Assembly: GCA_019058365.1 (NCBI GenBank)
Contig: JAHPZE010000016.1
Span: forward strand, 1-64,000
DNA from: Promethearchaeota archaeon
GTDB lineage: Archaea > Asgardarchaeota > Lokiarchaeia > Sigyniarchaeales > SOKP01
Direction of reading: 5' to 3'
Length of the DNA stretch: 64,000 bases
The notes under the pieces were generated by a model, which saw nothing but the letters and a program-made list of their open reading frames with translations, was not told the DNA's origin and did no database searches. This document shows positions 8,600 through 19,336 of the stretch, piece by piece (positions within the stretch are counted from its first letter, which is position 1; every line of letters starts with the position of its first letter). The position numbers and the translations under genes were made by a program.

Positions 8600-9988
8600 A
8601 TGATATATATGGCCAATACACAAAATAAAACTAAATTTTTAGAAGATCTTAGCAATGCAGTAGACCAATTCATCGATCGTTCGTTTACACATGTTATAAC
8701 TATTTCCCATAACGATGCAGATGGAATAAGTTGCTTACATATAATCCAAAATTTATTATACAAGATGCATCTAAATTATGATTATTTTATTTATAATAGA
8801 TCGGTTTCTTGGGAGAATTATTTAAACGGAATTTTCTCAAGTAGGCAAACTGATAAGAATGCCTTTATTTTTACAGATGTTGGCTCCAACTTAAAAGAAT
8901 TAATCCCAATAATAAAAAATAGAAAAGAAATTTTTTTTATCCTTGATCATCATGAGGTAGATTATGACTTTCACACAGATGAGTTGCCTGAGAATCTATT
9001 TTTTATAAATCCCACTATATATGGGTATGATGGGCTTGAACATATTGCTGGTGCAACTTTAACACACATGTTTGCAAAACAAGTAAAACCATCTATCATA
9101 AAACACGGATGGTTAACAGTTATTGGAATTGCTGGAGATTCATTAAAACCAATGGATAAATTGCAATCATTTAACCGAGAAGTGTATGAGGAATTGTTAG
9201 AGGAAGACCTGGTTGAAGATAAAGAAGGTTTAATTCTATTTGGAAGTATGCACGAATCTATTAAAAATGGTTTAAAGTATAGTATATTACCATTTCTTAA
9301 TCAATTTGGAGGGGAATCAGATCAAAAAATCACATCATTCTTAGATTCGCTACACATTAACCCAAAAAGTAATCTAATTGATTTAAGTCAATCAGAAATC
9401 GAACTAATTCAAGAAAAAGCTGGTTTTAATAGTTTTGGTCATTTTGCTATATTACCTCACAAATTAGGGTTATTAAGATTTGCTTTTGAGCATGCCCTTT
9501 TATTGAATATTCTCTGTTTTAAAAATATTAGTGCAGCTCTCTCTATTATTCAGTTGAAATCAATTACTCGTTATGCTAAAGGAATGTATTCTGAATATAT
9601 TCAGAATCTATCTAGAAATCTAAGAACTTTATCAAATGAAATACCTCACCATGAAACTGAAAAAGCAATATTTATGGAGGTAAAAGGTAAAATACCTCCA
9701 AGTAGCTGGTCAGATACAGCTAGTTTTAGTGCTGTAAATGAACTTTTCAATCCAAGAAAAGTCTTATTTTTAGGAGGCCCTGAAAAAATATCCGGCACAA
9801 TTAAATTAAGTATTCGGTGTTCTAGAAATTATCTTGATAACAATAAAAACCGTGGCGTAAATAAAATAATCACCAGTATAAAGAAAGAATTAGGAGGAGT
9901 AGGTGGAGGGCATAAATTAGCGGGAGGTATTAGATTGTCAAATCCGTCATATAATATCTTAAAAAAGAGAGCAGATGAATTTATTTGA
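8600..9988 (+). CDS. DHH-family phosphoesterase (RecJ/GAN/Cdc45-like nuclease)
   Basis: HNDADG, TDVG, DHH and DHHA1 GGGHKLAGG motifs. Confidence 0.85.
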   Translation: MIYMANTQNKTKFLEDLSNAVDQFIDRSFTHVITISHNDADGISCLHIIQNLLYKMHLNYDYFIYNRSVSWENYLNGIFSSRQTDKNAFIFTDVGSNLKELIPIIKNRKEIFFILDHHEVDYDFHTDELPENLFFINPTIYGYDGLEHIAGATLTHMFAKQVKPSIIKHGWLTVIGIAGDSLKPMDKLQSFNREVYEELLEEDLVEDKEGLILFGSMHESIKNGLKYSILPFLNQFGGESDQKITSFLDSLHINPKSNLIDLSQSEIELIQEKAGFNSFGHFAILPHKLGLLRFAFEHALLLNILCFKNISAALSIIQLKSITRYAKGMYSEYIQNLSRNLRTLSNEIPHHETEKAIFMEVKGKIPPSSWSDTASFSAVNELFNPRKVLFLGGPEKISGTIKLSIRCSRNYLDNNKNRGVNKIITSIKKELGGVGGGHKLAGGIRLSNPSYNILKKRADEFI

Positions 9989-10016
9989 TGTATAATACAT
10001 TATTTGGCTTTCCAAA

Positions 10017-10319
10017 ATGAATTTTTTAGAAAAACAATCTGATACTATTTATTTTATTAGATTGAATGTTAAGACAAACTCTAAAACTCAAGCTATAGTT
10101 AATAATGGTAGTTTTTTGACCATATTTCTTACCTCAAAACCCATTCAAAATAGAGCAAATAAGGAATTAATAAATCTTCTAAAAAGAAAACTAAACATCT
10201 CATCAAATCAAATCCAAATTATCTCTGGTTCAAAAACTAAAGACAAATTAATTAAAATTTCTTTTCTCGAAAATATTGAAGAAGAAGTAATTAAAGACTT
10301 TTTATTCAATAATGATTAA
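10017..10319 (+). CDS. DUF167 (YggU-like) protein
   Basis: VKTNSK, P..NRANKELI, IISGSKTKDK. Confidence 0.8.
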   Translation: MNFLEKQSDTIYFIRLNVKTNSKTQAIVNNGSFLTIFLTSKPIQNRANKELINLLKRKLNISSNQIQIISGSKTKDKLIKISFLENIEEEVIKDFLFNND

Positions 10320-10320
10320 T

Positions 10321-10671
10321 TTAGCTCCCAATCTTCTTCATTTTCCCGCATTTTAAACATATAATAAAATGGGTCATTCCCTCATCTGCTCTTCGTGTTT
10401 GGCGTGTTTCAAGGTGTGCTTTATCATAACCACAGCGAGGACATTTAAAATCTTTAATTGAGCTTCTTAAATTCTCTTCTTTCCAGTCCATAACTTCAGC
10501 TAGATTCGTTACTTCATCTCTTATAGAATGCTCGATTTTAGTGGATACTTTATAAGCTTCAGACTTTTCTTCTGTAAATGGTTTAGTTGCTCCACACTTA
10601 CATTTTAACACTTTTACTCCATCTAATTTTGAAGGTAACATCATTCCTCCACATTCATCGCAAAATTCCAT
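10321..10671 (-). CDS. tfs: Transcription factor S (TFS, RpoM/TFIIS-like)
   Basis: MEFCDECG zinc ribbon; C-terminal CPRCG...QTRRADEGMT...CLKCG. Confidence 0.9.
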   Translation of the reverse strand: MEFCDECGGMMLPSKLDGVKVLKCKCGATKPFTEEKSEAYKVSTKIEHSIRDEVTNLAEVMDWKEENLRSSIKDFKCPRCGYDKAHLETRQTRRADEGMTHFIICLKCGKMKKIGS

Positions 10672-10749
10672 AATCTCTCAAATATAAAAAAAATTAATTT
10701 GATTCTCCTAAAAATAATAAATTCATTCTAGCAAATAATTTTTTTGAAT

Positions 10750-11724
10750 TTAGATTCTTAAACCAAACAATAAAGCGCAAAATATTATTCCAGATATAAG
10801 ATCAGCTGTAGTACCGGGATTCCATTTTCCTTTTTTTTGTTGAAGTTCATCATCTAACTCTATTATTAGTCTTAAACCTTTATTAGATGAAATCCCTCCC
10901 TTTTCTAATATCTTTGATGCCTTTTTTGAGATATATAACGCAGCATCAATTCCAGATTTTCTAATAACAAGGGTATCTGGATGTAAAGATAAGAGTTTTA
11001 AATAAGTATTAACAGTTGCAGTATTTATATCTCCATAATGATTAAATGCTTCTAAGAAATATGGTAACCCATCGTTTATAATTGTGGTAAAACCAGTCGC
11101 ATATTCCATACTTATCAAATCCTTGTCCTTTGAAAGTTCAAATATTTTTTTTAGAGTTATATTATCAGAAGTAATATCATTGAGAGAATTTTCATTGTTA
11201 ATATCATATTTATCAGTAGTTCCTAAACCACCAGGATTGCATATTCGTATTGCATTGTACAAATTTACAGTATCATTTACAGAGCTGTTCTCAATCACTT
11301 TGCTTAGATTATCTCTCAAATCATTAAAATGATATTTCTGTGTTTTTAAACAAATTACGGATGCTGCGGCGAGTGGTGCTAAAATTAATATATGTCCTAA
11401 TAAAATATTACCTCCACTTTGCCAATTTATCATTTCTTTAGCAGCCTTCATGAAAAAGTGCCCTAATTCGATTTTTTCATAATCATCGTCATTTTTAAAA
11501 GGAATTTGAAAAATTTGATAACAAAATTCTCGAAAAGTTGGTTGAATTGCCACAATTCCCGCTAAAAAATGTTCAAATTTTGTATTTTCAAAATCTTTTG
11601 TGCGGTGAACATTCCCTGGTTTAGGCCAACCCACTACTTCTAAAAAGCTTGCTAAACTAAGGCAACGTATTAAATCATCAATATATTTAATCGAAATGTT
11701 AAGATTTGTTCCTATTAAAGACAC
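10750..11724 (-). CDS. Triphosphoribosyl-dephospho-CoA synthase family protein (CitG-like)
   Basis: LEV..PKPGNVHR, N..LG, DTL..RK.G, NPGTTADL. Confidence 0.85.
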   Translation of the reverse strand: MSLIGTNLNISIKYIDDLIRCLSLASFLEVVGWPKPGNVHRTKDFENTKFEHFLAGIVAIQPTFREFCYQIFQIPFKNDDDYEKIELGHFFMKAAKEMINWQSGGNILLGHILILAPLAAASVICLKTQKYHFNDLRDNLSKVIENSSVNDTVNLYNAIRICNPGGLGTTDKYDINNENSLNDITSDNITLKKIFELSKDKDLISMEYATGFTTIINDGLPYFLEAFNHYGDINTATVNTYLKLLSLHPDTLVIRKSGIDAALYISKKASKILEKGGISSNKGLRLIIELDDELQQKKGKWNPGTTADLISGIIFCALLFGLRI

Positions 11725-11774
11725 ATTTAATAATATTTTTTTTATAATTTAATTATTTTGAAAGAGAATGAGTA

Positions 11775-12083
11775 TTAATAATAACTTAACTCAACAATTT
11801 TCTTCTCTTTCACAACATATCCTTCAGATTCAGTAGTTTTATAAGAAATAGGTCTGAATTCATTATAAAGTCCTTTTTTATGAAGGAATTTTCTAATTCG
11901 AAGTCTCAATGCTCTTTTTGACAATTTATTTGGCATTTCTACATCAATATCATTTCCATTTCTGTTAAGGATTATTTGCGGTAATGCTTCGGATAAGAAC
12001 CTAATTAAATCAAGTACATGTTGTTCACTCTTAAAACTTAAATCTTTAACGTTGATTATGAAAGATTTGTTTACTTCACTCAT
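11775..12083 (-). CDS. rpl22e: Ribosomal protein eL22 (L22e) homolog
   Basis: LSKRALRLRIRKFLHKKGL..FRPIS resembles eL22 SKRYLKYLTKKYLKK..L...LRVVA; 102 aa. Confidence 0.75.
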   Translation of the reverse strand: MSEVNKSFIINVKDLSFKSEQHVLDLIRFLSEALPQIILNRNGNDIDVEMPNKLSKRALRLRIRKFLHKKGLYNEFRPISYKTTESEGYVVKEKKIVELSYY

Positions 12084-12206
12084 AGTGTTATCACTCTGTA
12101 AAATAATTAAAAATATTATTAATTTTTTATGATTTTATTATAGTAATTCAAAAATTAAATTTCTTAAATAGAAATTTCTTAATTATTCAATTAATTTAAA
12201 GTTTAA

Positions 12207-13508
12207 ATGATAATTGGGTGTTATAATTTGGTGGATTATGTAAATTTGGACTATGAACCAGGTGAAAATGATTTGATTGCAATGTATTATGTGGAAATTT
12301 CACCAGAGTGTAAAAATTTAGAGCAAGCTTCTGAAGAAATCGCAAAAGAAAGTTCAATTGGCACATGGACAGAAATTGCAACATTATCTGCCGAAATAGC
12401 TGAACGGCTTAGGCCATCAACTTTTTATATTGATAAGGAAAATAATATTATCAAAATTGCGTACACTAAAGAATTATTTGAAGCAAATAATCTACCTCAA
12501 ATTTTAAGTGCAATTGCAGGTAATATATATGGAATGAAGGTTCTAAGATCTTTAAGGTTATTAGATATAAGTTTTCCTAAAGATATTATCAAAGCTTATA
12601 GAGGACCTAAATTTGGAATTGAAGGTATCAAAAAATTAACCAATGTGAAAGATAGACCTCTTCTTGGTACAATTGTAAAACCCAAAGTTGGATTAAATGA
12701 GGTTGAGCATTCAAAAATTTGTGGAGAAGCTTGGCAAGGTGGATTAGATATTGTTAAAGATGATGAAAATCTAACAAGTATGACATTTAACGAGTTCGAG
12801 AAAAGAATTACAGAAACATTAAAAATCCGGGATAAAATTGAATCTAAAACAGGAGAAAGGAAGTTTTACATGCCAAATATTACGGCACCGCTAAGTGTTA
12901 TGAAGAAACGCGCGGATTTTGTGGTAAAGAATGGTGGTGAATATGTAATGGTTGATATTGTGACTATTGGATTTTCTGCCTTACAAGAAATCAGAGAATA
13001 TCTTAATGATAAGGATGTAGTAATCCATGCTCATAGAGCTATGCATGCAGCATTTACTCGCAACAAAAAACATGGAATGACTATGCTGGTTTTAGCAAAA
13101 TTAATGAGATTGATAGGTATGGATCAATTACACACAGGCACCATTGTTGGGAAAATGGAAGGAGGAAAACAAGAAGTCTTAGAAATTAACAATACAATTT
13201 CTAAACCCAAAATTAAGGATAACAGTTTAACAACATTAGATCAGAACTGGGATAATATCAAGCCAGTTTTACCTGTTGCTTCGGGAGGTTTGAGTCCATT
13301 ACATATTCCCGAATTAATTAAAATTTTAGGTAAAGATATGGTATATCAGTTTGGAGGAGGATGCCATGGTCATCCAGATGGAACTGAAGCTGGTGCAAGA
13401 GCGATAAGACAAGCTGTTGATGCAATTTTGCAAGGCTATAGTTTAACTGAATATGCTAAAAACAATTCTGAATTAGCGAAAGCTATTGAAAAATGGGGTA
13501 AGGATTAA
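12207..13508 (+). CDS. rbcL: Form III ribulose-1,5-bisphosphate carboxylase
   Basis: ESSIGTW, GTIVKPKVGL, GLDIVKDDE, HAHRAMH, GKMEG, PVASGG, GGGCHGHPDG; true start probably TTG 12228 or GTG 12231, after SD GGGTG. Confidence 0.95.
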   Translation: MIIGCYNLVDYVNLDYEPGENDLIAMYYVEISPECKNLEQASEEIAKESSIGTWTEIATLSAEIAERLRPSTFYIDKENNIIKIAYTKELFEANNLPQILSAIAGNIYGMKVLRSLRLLDISFPKDIIKAYRGPKFGIEGIKKLTNVKDRPLLGTIVKPKVGLNEVEHSKICGEAWQGGLDIVKDDENLTSMTFNEFEKRITETLKIRDKIESKTGERKFYMPNITAPLSVMKKRADFVVKNGGEYVMVDIVTIGFSALQEIREYLNDKDVVIHAHRAMHAAFTRNKKHGMTMLVLAKLMRLIGMDQLHTGTIVGKMEGGKQEVLEINNTISKPKIKDNSLTTLDQNWDNIKPVLPVASGGLSPLHIPELIKILGKDMVYQFGGGCHGHPDGTEAGARAIRQAVDAILQGYSLTEYAKNNSELAKAIEKWGKD

Positions 13509-13518
13509 ATAGGATCTA

Positions 13519-14451
13519 CTAAACCATTTCTGGATATGTTTTAGCAAAATAGTTTGGTACATGGCTTGAAGCAAATATACCCGCTTCAGTAATTAAACCA
13601 TCTATATATCTTCTACTTACTGTTTCGAATGCTGGGTTTAAAATTTTAATTCCTTCTGGAGGGTTTTCCCATATTTCTTGAGGGTCTCTCATTTCAATTG
13701 TTTCCAAGATCCCAAGATTTGTTTCGGGATTATACTTTAATAAAGGAGAAGCAACATAGAACGGTACATGTTCTTCATGAGCCACTAATGCTAATAATCG
13801 TGACCCAATTTTATTAATAATCGTTCCTTCAGAAGTAATACTGTCGGCACCAATTATGATTATATCAACCTGATAATGTTTTACTGCCCATCTCATGGCA
13901 CTGTCAATAACATGAATAACTTTTATACCTGCCTTCAATAATTCTTGTGAAGTTTTTCTGCCTTGTAATCGAGGTTGTGTCTCGGTATTAATAACTTTAA
14001 AACTTTTACCTTGTCTTTTAGCTTCTAAGAAAATCCCAGTGACTAAACTTGAATGGCAATGAGTCATCACGTTAAATTTTTGACTAGTTGGAGGAAATCG
14101 TCTAGCACCAATTTCTGCAATTCTTTTCTTCGAATTCTGAAGCATATCATAATATAGATTCTTATATTTTTCAATAATATCAGAGATATATTCAGGAATT
14201 ATACTTTCTTTTTCTTGTTCTAACTTATTCATTATATACTTCAAACCATTTTTCATAGCGGGTTCTGTTGGCCTTGTATCTATTAATATAACTTGTGCAT
14301 CGTAAAGTTTCTTAAAACAAGTCTCAATATTCTCACATTTTAATCTTTTTGCATAATTACTTAAAAAATCAATAGCACTAATAGCAACGTTAGTAGCACC
14401 TTGAATCTCTAAAGATTTAATCTTTAGGGCATCATCTAATAATTGTTCCAT
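13519..14451 (-). CDS. Ribose-1,5-bisphosphate isomerase (eIF2B-like family)
   Basis: IQGA, RPTEP, THCHSS (catalytic Cys), ETQP..QG, GADSI (catalytic Asp), NKIGS, NPAFE; adjacent to RuBisCO. Confidence 0.9.
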   Translation of the reverse strand: MEQLLDDALKIKSLEIQGATNVAISAIDFLSNYAKRLKCENIETCFKKLYDAQVILIDTRPTEPAMKNGLKYIMNKLEQEKESIIPEYISDIIEKYKNLYYDMLQNSKKRIAEIGARRFPPTSQKFNVMTHCHSSLVTGIFLEAKRQGKSFKVINTETQPRLQGRKTSQELLKAGIKVIHVIDSAMRWAVKHYQVDIIIIGADSITSEGTIINKIGSRLLALVAHEEHVPFYVASPLLKYNPETNLGILETIEMRDPQEIWENPPEGIKILNPAFETVSRRYIDGLITEAGIFASSHVPNYFAKTYPEMV

Positions 14452-14530
14452 TATAAATTCACATTTATTATAATAGTATATGGATAATCAAATTTTCTAT
14501 TTAAAAAATGTAACCTTAACCTAAAATTAA

Positions 14531-14719
14531 TTATTCTAATGGGTTTTCATCTTGATCTAATTGATAATCTTCAGGATCAACTTCAATATAAAAACGGCCA
14601 ATATAACCACATTTTTTATCTTTACACTCGTACAAATCTGGAGCTAACCAACCGCTAACATTTGTTGCATTTTTTAACGTCGGTTTTTTGCATTTTGGAC
14701 AAATTCTAATGGTTACCAT
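14531..14719 (-). CDS. Small zinc-finger protein
   Basis: CPKC...SGWL.P..YEC....CGY.G pattern. Confidence 0.65.
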   Translation of the reverse strand: MVTIRICPKCKKPTLKNATNVSGWLAPDLYECKDKKCGYIGRFYIEVDPEDYQLDQDENPLE

Positions 14720-14889
14720 ATTTAATGTAAATTTTTAATATGTTAGAAATTCAATTATTTACTAATATTTAATAATCGTAAATAACATTTACTCTCTTTA
14801 ATTTTTAATATTAGAATTATTCTAACAATTATAGAAATATAAAATTAATCAGACTATTATATTAAATTTCTCATTAATATTTAATATTC

Positions 14890-16716
14890 ATGAAGGATTT
14901 AGATTTACAACGAAAGAGTTTACCAAATGAACCTGGAGTTTATTTATTTTCTGATAAAGAAGGTTCAATTATTTACATTGGAAAAGCTATAAATCTCAAA
15001 AAAAGAGTTAATCAATACTTCTTAAAGACTAGTTATACAGATCCATATTATGAAGAAAAAATTAAAGAACTAGTAAAACAGGTACATTCTATTAAATATA
15101 TTGTAACTGAAAATGAGAAAGAAGCTTTAATTTTAGAAAATATTCAAATTAAAAAGCATCTCCCTCGCTTTAATGTAATCATGAGGGATTCGAAAACATA
15201 TCCTTGGGTAGCATTCTTTTATTCTGAAGATTTTCCAAGGATCCGTGTACTTAGAAATCCGGAAAAGTATTCCCAAGATAACTTATTTTTAGGACCTTAT
15301 ACAGATAAAAAGGAAATAATTAGAATCTTAAGAGATCTAAGAAAAATCTTTCCTTATTGTTCATGTAAAAAGCCAATTAAAAAAAAAAAGAGAGCTTGTT
15401 TGTATTATCAGTTAAAACTTTGTCCTGGTCCATGTATTACTATAATAACTAAAGAAGAATATCGTGAAAATATTAAGAAAATCGAACTATTTTTAAAAGG
15501 AGAAACTAATGAGTTAAAAAATCAATTGTCAGATAAAATGCATAAAGCATCTAAAAACCAAGATTTTGAATCAGCTGCCTTCTGGAGGGATAAATTGGAA
15601 GATATAGATCGTGCTACTGATCGACAACACGTATTAATGAACCATGAAGCCAATAAGGATATTGTTGGTTTTTATAGTACTGAGAAATATATAGCGATGG
15701 TGATTATCCATATTAGAGAAAGCAGAATTCTGAATAAAAGTTCATTTACATTTGATTTACGGGAGAAATTAATTCAAAAAAAAGAGATTATAAACTCAAT
15801 ATTAGAGCAATATTATCAAAATTTCAAATCACAATTACCAGATATTATTGTTATTTCTGATATAAATGATAGATTTAGAATACTATCAGCCTTTTTAAAA
15901 GATATTAAAAAAGATATACAAATCAGAACGTTCATTAGCGAAAATGAAACAAGTTTGCAACGAATAGCGAACAAGAATGCAAAAGTGATGGTTGAGCAGC
16001 AAATACAAATGGAAGAGATTAAAATGAATGATCAAGAATTTAGAGAGAAAATTCTTGAAGAAACAAAAGAAATTTTGGATTTACCTAAATTACCGAGAAT
16101 TATTGAGGGTTTTGACATCTCAAATATAGATGGTAAAGATGCTACAGGCTCTATGGTCTACTTTCTTGAGGGAAAACCTTATAATAAGAATTATCGACAC
16201 TTCAAAATTCGTTCTAAATCTACACCTGATGATGTTGCTATGATGAAAGAAGTCATAAAAAGACGATATAACATGCTTTTAGAAAGAAATTTAGAATTAC
16301 CCGATTTAATCTTAGTTGATGGCGGAAAAGGACAATTGAATGCGGGTATTTCAGTTTTGAAGGAATTAGGTCTCAATATTCCAATTATTGGATTAGCTAA
16401 AAAATATGAAGAAATATATCTACCTTCTAAGAAAAAACCAATAATATTACCGAAAAATTCCTCTACTTTAAAACTATTCCAAAGAGTTAGAGACGAGTCT
16501 CATAGGGTGGCTTTAAAATTGCATAAGAAACAAAGGGAAAGGAGAATAAAGGGTTCGGTTTTAGATGATATTGAAGGTATTGGGCCAATAACTAGAAATA
16601 AATTACTTAATCATTTTGGAAGTGTCGAAAAGATTAAAAAAGCTTCATTAGAAGATATATCTCGATTAATAGGAAAGAGATTAGCTGAAAAAATATTAGA
16701 ACAACTAAAGAGTTAG
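14890..16716 (+). CDS. uvrC: Excinuclease ABC subunit C
   Basis: GIY-YIG (PGVY, YIGKA), FESAA.WRD UVR domain, EGFDISN, DGGKGQL, RDESHR, C-terminal HhH. Confidence 0.95.
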   Translation: MKDLDLQRKSLPNEPGVYLFSDKEGSIIYIGKAINLKKRVNQYFLKTSYTDPYYEEKIKELVKQVHSIKYIVTENEKEALILENIQIKKHLPRFNVIMRDSKTYPWVAFFYSEDFPRIRVLRNPEKYSQDNLFLGPYTDKKEIIRILRDLRKIFPYCSCKKPIKKKKRACLYYQLKLCPGPCITIITKEEYRENIKKIELFLKGETNELKNQLSDKMHKASKNQDFESAAFWRDKLEDIDRATDRQHVLMNHEANKDIVGFYSTEKYIAMVIIHIRESRILNKSSFTFDLREKLIQKKEIINSILEQYYQNFKSQLPDIIVISDINDRFRILSAFLKDIKKDIQIRTFISENETSLQRIANKNAKVMVEQQIQMEEIKMNDQEFREKILEETKEILDLPKLPRIIEGFDISNIDGKDATGSMVYFLEGKPYNKNYRHFKIRSKSTPDDVAMMKEVIKRRYNMLLERNLELPDLILVDGGKGQLNAGISVLKELGLNIPIIGLAKKYEEIYLPSKKKPIILPKNSSTLKLFQRVRDESHRVALKLHKKQRERRIKGSVLDDIEGIGPITRNKLLNHFGSVEKIKKASLEDISRLIGKRLAEKILEQLKS

Positions 16717-16785
16717 TGTAATTTCTCTTTTATTTAATTCTTGTGTGTGAAGTATCAAATTAATGGGAGTTTTTTCAAAAAAGAT

Positions 16786-18210
16786 TTACGAAATGATTAA
16801 TTTCACAAGTTCTGCTGTTGCCTCACAATATACTCTGGCTAGAGATTCTCTTTTTGCTTCACTTATTACTCTAATTACTGGTTCTGTATTAGATGGATGG
16901 ATTAAAACAAACCAATCTTTTTCCTTTCCAAATTTAAGATCATTGTTTATTTGTTCTACGTTTTCTCCCTCCTTTATCAATTCAGTTTTCACTTTTTTAA
17001 TAAGCGATGAAATATCGATATTTTTCGCATTGATTTTTACTCGATAAGAATAATACTTTGGAAGTTCAGCGACTAATTGTGATATGCTTTTTCCTGTTTT
17101 CACGATGATTTCAACTATTTTTGCAGCTGCGAAAATCCCATCTCTCGTGTTATTGAAATATGGGTACATAAAACCTCCACACGATCCTTCCCCCCCAAAA
17201 ACCAAGCGATTCTTTGATGAATTCGATATTAAATTATCCATTTCTTCTGTTAAGAATCGTTCTCCTATAGGCGTTCTTATAATCTGAGCATCATATTTTT
17301 CTGCGATCGCGTCAAACCTTAATGAAGATGCTAAATTTGTAACAAAAAATATTTTTTTATTTATATCTTGGTGATTTTCTAAGTAATATTTTGTAATTAC
17401 TGCTAATCCTATGTCTTCGGGATAACATATACCAGTTTCTCCGATAATAGCTAATCTATCCGCATCAGTATCGTGAGCGAATCCAATATCAAATTTTCCT
17501 TGCCACACTTCCATTATTAAATCTTTGAGATTTTCCTTTATTGGTTCAATTTCTCTAGGGAAATCTTTATTTACAAGCAAGTCATTATTAATTAATTTTG
17601 TATGGCATCCCAATTCGTTTAATAATTGTGGTGTAACAAATTTTCCCGCTCCTGCTCCCGAATCTATAACTACTCTTAGATTATTTTTATGTTTAATCTC
17701 TAAATGATCAATATGACTTAATAAATCTTGAATATAATCTCTAATTGGATTTAATATTTCAACATTCTGAACTGTATTTAACTGATCTTTGGTATAAGAA
17801 TTTAAATCAATGTTCTCTAAATAGACTGAAATTATTTCTAAATCATCAGTATTTAAAAAAGTTTTTGCAGATAATAACTTTAAACCATTCCATTGTTGAG
17901 GATTATGAGATCCTGTAATAATAATACCCGCGGGGATATTTAATTTATTTTTAGCATGAATTATTACAGGTGTAGGGCATATTCCAAGATTTAATATTTT
18001 AAAACCAGAAAGACTTAATCCTTCTATTAACGCTTGTTCAATGAAAGAACCGCTTGGTCGAGTATCTCTGCCTATTATCACTTTCTTATCTTTTCCATCA
18101 ATCCATAATCCAAATGCAATAGCAATTTTTTTAACAATATCAAATGTTAAGTCTTTCTCAGCACGACCTCTGATTCCGCTTAATGTAAAGATTAAATTTT
18201 GTTCTTCCAT
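16786..18210 (-). CDS. Alpha-D-phosphohexomutase (PGM/PMM/GlmM family)
   Basis: GRDTR, TGSHNP (phospho-Ser), DTDADR, GGEGS, SNTEP. Confidence 0.9.
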   Translation of the reverse strand: MEEQNLIFTLSGIRGRAEKDLTFDIVKKIAIAFGLWIDGKDKKVIIGRDTRPSGSFIEQALIEGLSLSGFKILNLGICPTPVIIHAKNKLNIPAGIIITGSHNPQQWNGLKLLSAKTFLNTDDLEIISVYLENIDLNSYTKDQLNTVQNVEILNPIRDYIQDLLSHIDHLEIKHKNNLRVVIDSGAGAGKFVTPQLLNELGCHTKLINNDLLVNKDFPREIEPIKENLKDLIMEVWQGKFDIGFAHDTDADRLAIIGETGICYPEDIGLAVITKYYLENHQDINKKIFFVTNLASSLRFDAIAEKYDAQIIRTPIGERFLTEEMDNLISNSSKNRLVFGGEGSCGGFMYPYFNNTRDGIFAAAKIVEIIVKTGKSISQLVAELPKYYSYRVKINAKNIDISSLIKKVKTELIKEGENVEQINNDLKFGKEKDWFVLIHPSNTEPVIRVISEAKRESLARVYCEATAELVKLIIS

Positions 18211-18226
18211 TTTTTTCTATTTTTTT

Positions 18227-19231
18227 TTAAAAGATAATTTTATTTTTATCTGTTTTATATTTAACAAGAGCTAATGCTCCTCTTAATCCAATTTCCTCTT
18301 GATATCGTGTTAATTTTATCTTTGGAGGGTGGTTAATAGTAAATTTAATGGGATCTTTTTCAAATTGTTCAATTATTGATGGAATTATCTGTTCTTTGTC
18401 TTTTATCATTGCACCCCCAAAATAAATTGAAGTGCAATCATAGTAATTATTAACTAAACCAACACCAACCTTTGTATAATACACACAATCCTCAACGATT
18501 TTTTTAGATAATTCATCTCCCCTCTTTGCTGCTTGAAAAATTTCTTTTGCTGTAATACTTTTTTTATTATTATTTACAATTTGCATTAATATATCAGCGT
18601 TTAATTTCCCTTCATTTAAAGCATCGAAAGCTCTATTTTTCACGCCCGTTCCAGAACTATAAGCCTCCCAGCAACCATATGCACCACAATTGCATTTAAA
18701 TTTACTTTTTGGTTCAACTTTGGCATGCCCAATTTCAGCTGCATTCCCTTCTTTTCCAAGTAAAAGATGCCCACTGCAAATGACTCCACCACCTAATCCC
18801 GTGGACATTGATATATATACCAAATTATCCTTTTCATCATCCTCTGCTTCAAAAAAATGTATACCTAAAACACTACCATTACAATCATTAATAAAATATA
18901 TTGGAATTCCGGGAAATTTTTCTTTAATTGGTTGTTTCAGAGGAATTACTCTAAATCCAAGATTAGCATTATTAAAAACCTCTCCCTTATCCATATTTAA
19001 AGGACCTGCTGTAGCTATCGCTATTCCTAAAATCTGATCTTGCTCTATACTGTTTTCAGATAGTAACTCTGATAAAATTTGACATATTGAATTACTAATT
19101 GAATATTTAGTCTCCTTTAATGTCTTAATAATCCTTTTTTTTATGTTTTTTTCATTTAAATCCGCTGTGCAAATAGCAACTCGAACCCACGTACCTCCAA
19201 TATCTACTCCAACGATGTATTTTTCATCCAC
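18227..19231 (-). CDS. ROK family sugar kinase (glucokinase-like)
   Basis: GVDIGGT, STGLGGG, EIGH, CNCG..GCWE Zn motif. Confidence 0.9.
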   Translation of the reverse strand: MDEKYIVGVDIGGTWVRVAICTADLNEKNIKKRIIKTLKETKYSISNSICQILSELLSENSIEQDQILGIAIATAGPLNMDKGEVFNNANLGFRVIPLKQPIKEKFPGIPIYFINDCNGSVLGIHFFEAEDDEKDNLVYISMSTGLGGGVICSGHLLLGKEGNAAEIGHAKVEPKSKFKCNCGAYGCWEAYSSGTGVKNRAFDALNEGKLNADILMQIVNNNKKSITAKEIFQAAKRGDELSKKIVEDCVYYTKVGVGLVNNYYDCTSIYFGGAMIKDKEQIIPSIIEQFEKDPIKFTINHPPKIKLTRYQEEIGLRGALALVKYKTDKNKIIF

Positions 19232-19336
19232 TTTTATCTCACATATAATTTTTATGTGTTTTCCTTAACCTCTGAATAATATTAAGATTTCGAATATTTC
19301 AAAATATTATTTTAGAAATAAAAGGTTTTCTATGAT

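Noticed and set aside
12207-13508. Calvin-cycle carbon fixation locus
   Set aside because: Form III-type enzyme next to R15P isomerase, with no small subunit or phosphoribulokinase in the window; this fits nucleoside salvage.
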